A stretch of DNA of 64,000 nt, from contig JAGYKD010000004.1 in the NCBI GenBank assembly GCA_018401695.1, positions 30,014-94,013 on the forward strand, written 5' to 3'. Made by a program: the position numbers and the translations under genes. Under the pieces are notes generated by a model that searched no databases, was not told the DNA's origin, and saw only the letters and a list, made by a program, of their open reading frames with translations. Below, piece after piece: positions 1 to 7,933 of the stretch. Numbering within the stretch: the stretch's first letter is position 1; the number at the start of each line of letters is the position of its first letter. The DNA is from Flavobacteriales bacterium. Lineage in GTDB: Bacteria > Bacteroidota > Bacteroidia > CAIKAF01.

Positions 1-15
1 TTGTATCGAGCCGGA

Positions 16-358
16 TTAGCTTAAGTTTTTAATCATGGCATAAAGAATTCGAGATAACACGTCTGCTTGGTTTGCCAAAGCCTCAAAATCCTCAACAGAA
101 AGGAAGTTTTCGTCCCTCAATACATCCAATATAGCAACACATTCAAACACCGAACTGCGAGCAATTACAAAAAACACGTCTATCTTTTTTAGTAAACCGA
201 CCGGAGCCCTCGGCAATATTAAGGACAATACTAAAGGAGGCTCGGGTTAGTTGATCTCTTGTTGTGGCATCCAAAGGAGCACTTCGGATGAAGTCACGAA
301 CCAGTAAATTGAAGGTTTTGGCCTTTTGGTAAATTTCCAGTTTTTCAAAGTCAAACAT
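16..358 (-). pseudogene. Four-helix-bundle protein (IVS/TIGR02436, Avd-like), copy 1; chimeric and frameshifted
   Basis: Starts MFDFEKLEIYQKA...SIVLNIAEGSGRF like copies 2-4. The frame breaks at the A6 tract 169-174 and continues in ORF 16..228 as FFVIARSSVFECVAILDVL...AMIKNLS. Could be a homopolymer sequencing error. Confidence 0.75.
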
Positions 359-555
359 ACGTGCGTTTTTGTAGGGCAGGAGCAAAATGCAGTTTGAGTT
401 TGGGTGTGAGCGTGAAGGCCTGTCGTCGCTCTCGTTACCACACTCCCACAGTTTGAGTTTGGGTGTGAGCGTGAAGAAAAATCAGAGTGCTTGTCGTCGC
501 TCTCGCTTTTTGGAAATAACCTTTTTATAGGCATTTTGAACGATGAATGCAGATT

Positions 556-903
556 TCATCCCTTCAGGTTTTTAATCATAGCAAACAGCATTTTTGAAAT
601 TTCTTCGGCCTTTTGGTAAAAATGGAGGAATTGCCTTTTATTCAATACCTTCTCTTCCATCAATAGCTCAAGAATTGCTACGCATTCGAATAAGGAGCTT
701 CTTGAAATGATGAGAAAATTACGCCTGTCGGGTTTAGAAAACCTACCTGACCCCTCGGCAATATTAAGGACAATACTAAAGGAGGCTCGGGTTAGTTGAT
801 CTCTTGTTGTGGCATCCAAAGGAGCACTTCGGATGAAGTCACGAACCAGTAAATTGAAGGTTTTGGCCTTTTGGTAAATTTCCAGTTTTTCAAAGTCAAA
901 CAT
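556..903 (-). CDS. Four-helix-bundle protein (23S rRNA IVS-protein family), copy 2
   Basis: Family motifs FEKLEIYQKA, DQLTRASFSIVLNIAEG, RRNFLIISRSSLFEC; ATG at 903; 115 aa. Confidence 0.9.
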   Translation of the reverse strand: MFDFEKLEIYQKAKTFNLLVRDFIRSAPLDATTRDQLTRASFSIVLNIAEGSGRFSKPDRRNFLIISRSSLFECVAILELLMEEKVLNKRQFLHFYQKAEEISKMLFAMIKNLKG

Positions 904-1100
904 ACGTGCGTTTTTGTAGGGCAGGAGCAAAATGCAGTTTGAGTTTGGGTGTGAGCGTGAAGGCCTGTCGTCGCTCTCGTTACCACACTCCCACAGTTTG
1001 AGTTTGGGTGTGAGAGTGAAGAAAAATCAGAGTGCTTGTCGTCGCTCTCGCTTTTTGGAAATAACCTTTTTACAGGCATTTTGAACGATGAATGCAGATT

Positions 1101-1448
1101 TCATCCCTTCAGGTTTTTAATCATAGCAAAAAGCATTTTTGAAATTTCTTCGGCCTTTTGGTAAAAATGGAGGAATTGCATTTTATTCAATAGCTTTTCT
1201 TCTGTCAGTAGCTCAAGAATTGCTACACATTCGAATAAGGAGCTTCTTGAAATGATGAGAAAATTACGCCTGTCGGGTTTAGAAAACCTACCTGACCCCT
1301 CGGCAATATTAAGGACAATACTAAAGGAGGCTCGGGTTAGTTGATTTCTTGTTGTGGCATCCAAAGGTGCACTTCGGATGAAGTCACGAACCAGTAAATG
1401 GAAGGTTTTGGCCTTTTGGTAAATTTCCAGTTTTTCAAAGTCAAACAT
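1101..1448 (-). CDS. Four-helix-bundle protein, copy 3
   Basis: Same motifs, offset 545 bp from copy 2, about a dozen SNPs. Confidence 0.9.
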   Translation of the reverse strand: MFDFEKLEIYQKAKTFHLLVRDFIRSAPLDATTRNQLTRASFSIVLNIAEGSGRFSKPDRRNFLIISRSSLFECVAILELLTEEKLLNKMQFLHFYQKAEEISKMLFAMIKNLKG

Positions 1449-1603
1449 ACGTGCGTTTTTGTAGGGCGGGAGCACAATACAGTTGGAGTTTGGGAGTGGG
1501 AGTGAAGAAAAATCAGAGCGTATGTCGTCGCTCTCGCTCCCACTCTCCCACAGTTTGAGTTTGGGAGTAATAACAAACAGGTATATGCTCTAAAAAAGGT
1601 TGC

Positions 1604-1652
1604 TTATAGTTCGCCAAAACTTCTTTTTTTTCGTAGTTTTGGCGAATTATAA
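1604..1652. promoter_or_regulatory. Palindrome TCGCCAAAA-N17-TTTTGGCGA overlapping the TAGTTTTG -7 element of the ATPase gene
   Basis: TTATAGTTCGCCAAAACT...AGTTTTGGCGAATTATAA seen directly; TAnnTTTG is the Bacteroidota -7 consensus. Confidence 0.7.
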
Positions 1653-1661
1653 TTAGGTAGT

Positions 1662-3077
1662 ATGTCAAATATTGTTGGTAGAGTTGAAGAACAAAGCATA
1701 TTGAAGCAGGCCTTTGAGAGTGAAAAGTCCGAATTAATTGCTCTGTATGGAAGAAGAAGAATCGGGAAGACTTTTTTGATTAGAGAATTTTTTAAGAAGA
1801 GAATAGTTTTCGAAGTCACCGGGCTGTACAACGGCAATATGAGTGACCAGCTTCAAAACTTTACTAAGGAGGTAAAAAAGAGAACTAAGAGTTCTGTCGC
1901 AGAGTTGCCAAATTCTTGGCTCAATGCATTTACAATGCTTGAGCAATATTTGGACACACAGAAGGGGAGCAGAAAAAAGGTAGTTTTTATAGATGAGTTC
2001 CCATGGATGGCAACTGTCAGGTCTAGATTTCTGATGGCCTTTGAAAACTTCTGGAATACTTACTGCATAAAGAGGAAAGATATTTTAGTAGTAATATGTG
2101 GATCCGCTGCTTCTTACATGGTTCAAAAAATAATTCGGAACAAGGGAGGACTCCACAATAGAATTTCAAGAAAAATTCGACTGCTGCCATTTAACCTACA
2201 TGAAACGGAGTTGTTTTTAAAAAGAAACGGTATTAAATACACCAGGTACGATATAATTCAAGTGTATATGGCTCTTGGAGGGGTTCCTCACCACTTAGAG
2301 AAATTAAGCAAAGGGCTAAGTGTTCCGCAAAACATTGATGCACTTTGTTTTAGTAATTATGGCACCCTAAATGATGAGTTCAATCAGCTGTATGTTTCCC
2401 TATTTGATGAATCTGAGCGTCACATGAAGATTATTAGAACCTTAGCAAGAACGAATAAAGGGCTTACAAGAAATGAATTGATAGCAAAGAGTGGATTGCC
2501 ATCTGGAGGAGATTTTTCCCTCAAGCTTACCGAGTTAATCGAGTCTGGATTTGTAACTGAATATCCATATTTTCAAAATAAGAAACAACTTACTCTGTAT
2601 CGCTTAACTGACGAATACTCAAAGTTCTATCTAAAGTTCATTGAAAATAATAAGAATGGCGGAGAAGGGACTTGGCAAAGACTTAGCACCACCCAGTCAT
2701 ATAATTCATGGTCTGGCTTCATGTTTGAAACCTTATGCCTCAAACACATTTATCAAATTAAGAGGTCATTACGGATAGATGCCATTTACTCCGCAAATAG
2801 GAGTTGGTTCAATAATAATGCCCAAGTGGATTTGTTGATTGACAGAGATGACAATGTGATGAATTTATGTGAGATGAAGTATTATAACGCTCCATACACC
2901 ATGGACAAGAAACACTATTTGAATCTAAAGAATAAGGTTGCCGAGTTACGAAAAGATACAAATACCAGAAAGAACATTTTCATCACCATGGTTACAACCT
3001 TTGGAGTTAATGAGAATAAATACAGCAAGGAGTTGATCCAGAATAGTCTGGACATGGACGCATTATTTATGATTTAG
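1662..3077 (+). CDS. AAA/archaeal-type ATPase with wHTH and C-terminal PD-(D/E)XK-like domain
   Basis: IVGR..E, Walker A GRRRIGKT, Walker B VFIDEF, ICGS, C-terminal QVDLLID...LCEMK. Confidence 0.9.
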   Translation: MSNIVGRVEEQSILKQAFESEKSELIALYGRRRIGKTFLIREFFKKRIVFEVTGLYNGNMSDQLQNFTKEVKKRTKSSVAELPNSWLNAFTMLEQYLDTQKGSRKKVVFIDEFPWMATVRSRFLMAFENFWNTYCIKRKDILVVICGSAASYMVQKIIRNKGGLHNRISRKIRLLPFNLHETELFLKRNGIKYTRYDIIQVYMALGGVPHHLEKLSKGLSVPQNIDALCFSNYGTLNDEFNQLYVSLFDESERHMKIIRTLARTNKGLTRNELIAKSGLPSGGDFSLKLTELIESGFVTEYPYFQNKKQLTLYRLTDEYSKFYLKFIENNKNGGEGTWQRLSTTQSYNSWSGFMFETLCLKHIYQIKRSLRIDAIYSANRSWFNNNAQVDLLIDRDDNVMNLCEMKYYNAPYTMDKKHYLNLKNKVAELRKDTNTRKNIFITMVTTFGVNENKYSKELIQNSLDMDALFMI

Positions 3078-3080
3078 GCA

Positions 3081-3125
3081 TAACTCGCCAAAAAGTAGGA
3101 AACGAAATAGTTTTGGCGAAGTTTA
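3081..3125. promoter_or_regulatory. Second TCGCCAAAA-N17-TTTTGGCGA palindrome just downstream of the ATPase stop
   Basis: Arms at 3085-3093 and 3111-3119, same 17-bp spacing as the upstream copy. Confidence 0.7.
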
Positions 3126-3244
3126 CAGCCCATTTGTTTGATCTTACGCAGCTTTATGTGTTCGTAGCACTGGCAATAGAAACCCAATATCCACTATATA
3201 CGAGGAGGATGTTGATGCGATGCTATCCTTGGGCGATCCTGTTC

Positions 3245-3316
3245 CTGACGCTTCGGTCAGGATCAAAAACCTGACGCTACGGACTGATGCTTCGAGTCAG
3301 CATCTTCGAGTCAGGG
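3245..3316. repeat. Cluster of short CCTGAC-GCTTCG-GTCAGG-type hairpins
   Basis: cctgacgcttcggtcagg, cctgacgctacgg, ctgatgcttcgagtcag, cttcgagtcagg. Confidence 0.45.
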
Positions 3317-3376
3317 ACTTCGTCTTGAAAACACAAGGCGTCAATGGGTTCGTACGTTTTTTTATGAAGGATACAC

Positions 3377-3529
3377 TGCGCCCCTGACCGACCGGCTACC
3401 CTGCAGTTGGGAGAGCCGCAGGGCTTAGCGGGTGGAGGCCCCGGCTTTTGAGGAGGGGCCCACGCACCACATAGCCCTGCGTGCTTAACCAACGAAGCGT
3501 AGTAGGGAAGGCAGGAAAAGGCGCCCAAA
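3377..3529 (-). repeat. GC-rich long-hairpin intergenic element (E1; homologous to 26903-27051)
   Basis: Reverse complement begins TTTGGGCGCCTTTTCCTGCCTTCCC and ends CCGGTCGGTCAGGGGCGCA, matching E6. Confidence 0.8.
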
Positions 3530-3606
3530 TACAGGGTGGGTTTGGGGAGAGGAGCAAGAGAAAAGGGGGACTTGTATTTTGAAACTTGCCTTTTGCTCGA
3601 GATGGG

Positions 3607-3951
3607 CTAGGAAAGGTTTTTAATCATAGCAAACAGCATTTTTGAAATTTCTTCGGCCTTTTGGTAAAAATGGAGGAATTGCATTTTATTCAATAGCTTT
3701 TCTTCTGTCAGTAGCTCAAGAATTGCTACACATTCGAATAAGGAGCTTCTTGAAATGATGAGAAAATTACGCCTGTCGGGTTTAGAAAACCTACCTGAAC
3801 CTTCAGCAATATTAAGGACAATACTAAAGGAGGCTCGGGTTAGTTGATCTCTTGTTGTGGCATCCAAGGGTGCACTTCGGATGAAGTCACGAACCAGTAA
3901 ATTGAAGGTTTTGGCCTTTTGGTAAATTTCCAGTTTTTCAAAGTCAAACAT
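3607..3951 (-). CDS. Four-helix-bundle protein, copy 4 (tRNA-proximal)
   Basis: Same protein, 114 aa, ends MIKNLS; its leader abuts the tRNA-Leu 3' end. Confidence 0.9.
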   Translation of the reverse strand: MFDFEKLEIYQKAKTFNLLVRDFIRSAPLDATTRDQLTRASFSIVLNIAEGSGRFSKPDRRNFLIISRSSLFECVAILELLTEEKLLNKMQFLHFYQKAEEISKMLFAMIKNLS

Positions 3952-4070
3952 ACGTGCGTTTTTGTAGGGCAGGAGCAAAATGCAGTTTGAGTTTGGGTGT
4001 GAGCGTGAAGGCCTGTCGTCGCTCTCGTTACCACACTCCCACAGTTTGAGTTTGGGTGTGGGAGTGAAGA

Positions 4071-4120
4071 AAAATCAGAGTGCTTGTCGTCGCTCTCGCT
4101 CCCACACTCACTCTGATTTT
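4071..4120 (-). terminator. Hairpin directly after tRNA-Leu (12-bp stem AAAATCAGAGTG/CACTCTGATTTT)
   Basis: Perfect 12-bp inverted repeat with a T-rich end on the minus strand; loop is long, so terminator function is inferred. Confidence 0.45.
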
Positions 4121-4121
4121 G

Positions 4122-4207
4122 TACCCGGGGCGGGACTTGAACCCGCACGGACATTACTGCCCACAGGATTTTAAGTCCTGCGTGTCTACCAATTCCACCA
4201 CCCGGGC
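4122..4207 (-). tRNA. tRNA-Leu (TAA)
   Basis: GCCCGGGTGGTGGAATTGGTAGACACGCAGGAC-TTAAAA-TCCTG...GGGTTCAAGTCCC...; long variable arm. Confidence 0.97.
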
Positions 4208-4602
4208 AGCTTGGGGCGGCTAAAGTACAAAATTCCTTTTATCCTAGCGCCTGTTCTCAAAAGTTGTTTGAAGGGTTCTCTGAGCATATCCCTAGGTGCT
4301 TGGCCACTCCGGATAAAACAAAGCGAGGAAAATGCTATCCACTTATTGACCAATGCATTACTAAATTTTGGATAGGCTATACCTTTTTTGGCCCCCCATA
4401 TACCCTTGGCCCCCCCCCTGCATTCCGTGGCGGGTAATTCAGTTCGGCCGGACCTGCCGCAGAAATTGTCCGGTGAAACATCCGCTTAGTCCAACCGAGA
4501 GCCTTCCCGGCGCTTCTTTCTTAAGTATGTAAAAGACGGTGGAATAGTTAGCTAGGGTGCATATTTCGGGGAATAACCGGGGCGATTAGGGCAGTATTTT
4601 TA

Positions 4603-4770
4603 TTTGGGCGCCTAATCCGTCTCCGGCCATTAGCTGCCTTGTGGGGAAGCTACGCCGCAAAGCGTAGGCAAGGAGCTTCCTGTGGTCGCTCTTGCCTACG
4701 CAGCGGCTGTGCACCCCACATCGGCAGGCTAATTGGCCTGCGCCGGGGCGCGTTAAGCTCCGTGTGGGGA
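4603..4770 (+). repeat. GC-rich long-hairpin element (E2; near-identical inverted copy at 19817-19983)
   Basis: TTTGGGCGCC..TCCGTCTCCGGCC...GCGTAGGCAAG/CTTGCCTACGC...GCCGGGGCGC. Confidence 0.85.
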
Positions 4771-4774
4771 TTAT

Positions 4775-4804
4775 CCCATAGCCCAGGGTTTCAACCGTGG
4801 GCTA
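4775..4804. repeat. REP-like palindrome; direct-repeat partner at 7934-7963
   Basis: CCCATAGCCCAGGGTTTCAACCGTGGGCTA versus CCCATAGCCCACGGTTTCAACTGTAGGCCA. Confidence 0.7.
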
Positions 4805-5111
4805 AACAGCAGTCAACAAGAAAACTACGCTTCATTTGTTGAGGGAAAGCCATGCGACGCAATTGCTTGAGGCGGGAACTCATTTACGGTACATTCAAGA
4901 ATTATTGGGGTAAAAGAGTCCACGCACGACAAAGACCTACACCCATGAAAGTAAGCATGCCTTGGAACAAATTCGGAGTCCGTAGGATGACCTTTGAGGT
5001 ATTTTCCATATTTTTCCATAGCGGAAAGGCGCAACGGTATCACCCCAATACAACAGCATGTGCTTAGGTAGGTTGAAGATATGTCGCCTATAAGTAAGTT
5101 GGGGGCAATGT

Positions 5112-5201
5112 AAAAAGAAAAGAGCCCCCGAAAACGAGCGCTCTTTGAAATCTTAGACTTGATTACGTTCTCAAGAAAGAAGAGGCTTGATCAAGCATTA
5201 C
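5112..5201 (-). ncRNA. Candidate small RNA transcribed divergently from the Abi-like gene
   Basis: Minus-strand TTTG(5237-5234)-N20-TACATTTG(5213-5206) promoter, internal hairpins, terminal AAAGAGC/GCTCTTT stem followed by a T-run; no ORF. Confidence 0.45.
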
Positions 5202-5240
5202 ACTACAAATGTAACTCTTATTTTTGATAAAAACAAAGAA

Positions 5241-5921
5241 TTGGAATACTCAAAGCTTGAATACTATCTATCACAACCCAGACTTCAAAGATTTCTTAAT
5301 GCAACAGGAAATTCAAGGGCAAAAGCCCAAAAGCTATACAGAGTAAACCTTAGGGTATCACAAGCTTTTTACCCTGTATTCAATCTCTTTGAAATCTTCT
5401 TGAGAAATACTGTTAATTATCACGTTTCAAGTCACTTTTCTAATCCAAATTGGATAGTGTCAGAAAAGACAGGCTTCATGAGTAATCCGACTTTAGCTCC
5501 TTCTCGTTTCTTTCTAAAGAAAAGCATTCAGAAGGCGGAAAGAACAATCAGAAGAAAGGGTAGTACTGTTACTTCAGGTAAGGTAATTGCGGAACAATCA
5601 TTTGGTTTTTGGACCAGTCTTTTTGACACCCACCACTATAGACTAATTGGTGGCTCACCAATACAAGCCTTCCCTCTTAAACCAGCACATGCTAACAGAA
5701 GTTTGATTAACCAAAAGCTAAATAAGATTCGAGAGTTTCGTAACCGAATTTATCATAATGAACCCATTTGCTTCAATGGTCCGAACATTGACTTTTCAGA
5801 GGCTCATGACATTAAAGACGAAGTATATGAGTTGCTTAATTTGATTGATACAGACTTAACTGATTATGTCGAATATTTTAATGGAATTCAATCAAAAATA
5901 GATTCAGCAACGAGCATATGA
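5241..5921 (+). CDS. Abi-like (AbiD/AbiF-related) HEPN-domain protein
   Basis: LSQPRL, LYRVN...FEIFLRN, SFGFW, HEPN motif RNRIYH(NEPI). TTG start at 5241 preferred because TATTTTTG lies at 5219-5226. Confidence 0.8.
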   Translation: MEYSKLEYYLSQPRLQRFLNATGNSRAKAQKLYRVNLRVSQAFYPVFNLFEIFLRNTVNYHVSSHFSNPNWIVSEKTGFMSNPTLAPSRFFLKKSIQKAERTIRRKGSTVTSGKVIAEQSFGFWTSLFDTHHYRLIGGSPIQAFPLKPAHANRSLINQKLNKIREFRNRIYHNEPICFNGPNIDFSEAHDIKDEVYELLNLIDTDLTDYVEYFNGIQSKIDSATSI

Positions 5922-6162
5922 AAGAAACACTGCCCCCAACATTTAGCCGAGTAACAGAGTAGCCTTGCCAAAAAGCCCTGAAAGACGCTGTATCTTTTAG
6001 GGCTTTTCTGTTTAACTTTTCATACACCGACCCGAAGACGGGAATATTGTAAGCATCCGGCCAACTCCATATTCCCCAGCCCAAAATCCCCCACAACTTT
6101 GGACAAATCATAAAATGATGTCCAAACGCCATCAAAAAAGAGAAGCCTTGCCCGCTCCGATA

Positions 6163-6351
6163 GAAGCATGGCGGCAATGTGGAGAAGCACACGCTCCTTT
6201 TGCTGCAAAACACCAAATTTTCTTCACCAAATTTCAGTATTGAGTGCGGAAAAGCAAGGCGGCTCATGCCCCGGAGTGCTTTTGGAACTTCCCAAGCCAA
6301 GGAACGGTAAAAACACCAAACTTTGCGTTTTAAGTTGCCCATCAAAGCCGA
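6163..6351 (+). repeat. ~190-bp direct repeat, left of the Fic gene
   Basis: TTTTGCTGCAAAACACCAAATTT...CATGCCCCGGAG.GCTTTTGG...GCCAAGGAAC shared with 7701-7888. Confidence 0.85.
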
Positions 6352-6363
6352 TTGCCTCCATAG

Positions 6364-6446
6364 TGCAACGAATAAAGACAATAATTAACGCAAAAAAAGC
6401 AACGAATATTTTTGTTTTGCGACGAATATAGGATACATTCGTTGCA
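6364..6446 (+). promoter_or_regulatory. Repeated operator-like boxes GC(A/G)ACGAATA upstream of Fic
   Basis: Direct copies at 6365, 6399 and 6419; inverted ATTCGTTGC at 6437 overlaps the -7-like TACATTCG. Confidence 0.55.
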
Positions 6447-6459
6447 AGAAATGCATTGA

Positions 6460-7578
6460 ATGAGGACTTTTATACATCAAATGGACAATTGGCCCGAATT
6501 TACTTGGAATAGCAGTGATTTCTTGGATTTATTGAGTGAGGCAAGGAATTTACAAGGCAGGCTTTTTGGGAAAATGGAAAGACTAGGCTTCGATTTGAGA
6601 AAAGAGGCTCTGCTTCACACCTTAACTCTTGATGTATTAAAATCATCAGAGATTGAAGGAGAATTTCTTAATCCAGACCAAGTTCGCTCATCCATCGCTC
6701 GCAGATTAGGAATGGAAATATCAGGAGCCGTTGAGTCCGACAGGAATGTAGAAGGGGTGGTAGAAATGATGCTTGATGCAACTCAAAAATGTTTTGACCC
6801 ATTGACCGCAGACAGACTGTTTGATTGGCATGCTGCTTTATTTCCAACAGGCAGAGTCGGGATGTATAAAATAACTGTTGCCGATTGGAGAAAAGATACT
6901 ACCGGACCTATGCAGGTAGTATCCGGAGCAATGGGAAAAGAAAAAGTACATTTTGAGGCCCCTGATTCAAATTTGGTGGAAAAAGAAATGACCCGATTTT
7001 TAGAGTGGTTCAATACTAGGAAAATGGACTTGGTAATTAAGGCTGCCTTGGCACATGTATGGTTTGTAACCATCCACCCTTTTGAAGATGGAAACGGAAG
7101 GATAGCAAGGGCATTGACAGATATGCTTCTTGCACAGTCCGACAAAAGTAACCAACGCTTCTATAGCATGTCTGCACAGATTCGATTAGAAAGGAAGCAA
7201 TACTATGAGATATTAGAAAAAACCCAAAAGGGTAATTTAGACCTTACCGAATGGATCGTATGGTTCCTAAACTGTTTGATTAATGCCTTGAAAGCTACAG
7301 ATTCAATACTAACAAGCGTATTATTCAAAGCGGATTTCTGGCAAAGACATATAGATACGGCAATAAATGAGCGTCAAAGAAAATTATTGAACAAATTGAT
7401 GGATGGCTTTGATGGGAAATTGACGTCTTCGAAATGGGCAAAAATTGCAAAATGTTCCAAAGATTCAGCGGTTAGAGATATTAATGACTTGATTGATAAA
7501 GGAATATTGCAAAAAGAAGCAGCAGGAGGAAGAAGTACAAGTTATGGACTGATAGGAATGCCGGCAGGTAACAATTAA
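6460..7578 (+). CDS. Fic family protein (DUF4172 N-terminus, C-terminal HTH)
   Basis: Fic motif HPFEDGNGRIAR, SSEIEGE, C-terminal AVRDINDL...GGRSTSY. Confidence 0.95.
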   Translation: MRTFIHQMDNWPEFTWNSSDFLDLLSEARNLQGRLFGKMERLGFDLRKEALLHTLTLDVLKSSEIEGEFLNPDQVRSSIARRLGMEISGAVESDRNVEGVVEMMLDATQKCFDPLTADRLFDWHAALFPTGRVGMYKITVADWRKDTTGPMQVVSGAMGKEKVHFEAPDSNLVEKEMTRFLEWFNTRKMDLVIKAALAHVWFVTIHPFEDGNGRIARALTDMLLAQSDKSNQRFYSMSAQIRLERKQYYEILEKTQKGNLDLTEWIVWFLNCLINALKATDSILTSVLFKADFWQRHIDTAINERQRKLLNKLMDGFDGKLTSSKWAKIAKCSKDSAVRDINDLIDKGILQKEAAGGRSTSYGLIGMPAGNN

Positions 7579-7700
7579 GGTTTCGTTCGCCCTGCCATGC
7601 CTTGAATGAAACCGCTGTTGATGCCCTCACCTGCGCGCAGGGCAGGCTCCACCGGGGGGCGAGCATTAATTAGCGCTAAGGAACCATGCTCGTTTTGAAA

Positions 7701-7888
7701 GAAGAATGCCGGCAAAGCAGAGAAACAATCTCATTTTGCTGCAAAACACCAAATTTCCTTCGTCAAATTTCAAAATAGGCTGCGGAATAGCAGGGCGGTC
7801 CATGCCCCGGAGGGCTTTTGGGAACTTGATTTGCCAAGGAACAGAAAAAACAACTAAATTTGATTTTACAGTTGTCTAATAAGGCCGA
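7701..7888 (+). repeat. ~190-bp direct repeat, right of the Fic gene
   Basis: Diverged copy of 6163-6351. Confidence 0.85.
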
Positions 7889-7933
7889 CCACCTCACATG
7901 TCCCGTGGAGCCAGATGTAAACACTGCGAAACA

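Larger units (their letters stand above)
207..1475. repeat. Tandem 545-bp repeat unit (four-helix-bundle gene plus leader)
   Basis: Stops at 556 and 1101 and starts at 358/903/1448 give an exact 545-bp period, with near-identical intergenic DNA. Confidence 0.95.

Noticed and set aside
247-1576. Alternative-frame ORFs (247..534, 792..1079, 1337..1576, also 3840..4154)
   Set aside because: They arise from the stop-poor hexamer leader and overlap the real genes; their starts differ between copies
3130-3235. Possible PIN-toxin C-terminal remnant (FVALAIETQYPLYT)
   Set aside because: Too short, no start, catalytic acidic residues not evident; cannot be supported without a search
16-3978. Diversity-generating retroelement (Avd-like genes, near-identical repeats)
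   Set aside because: No reverse transcriptase in the window, and differences between copies involve all bases rather than being adenine-specific
4425-4520. GC-rich hairpins upstream of tRNA-Leu as a riboswitch or ribozyme
   Set aside because: Hairpins are present but no recognisable motif order and no downstream gene
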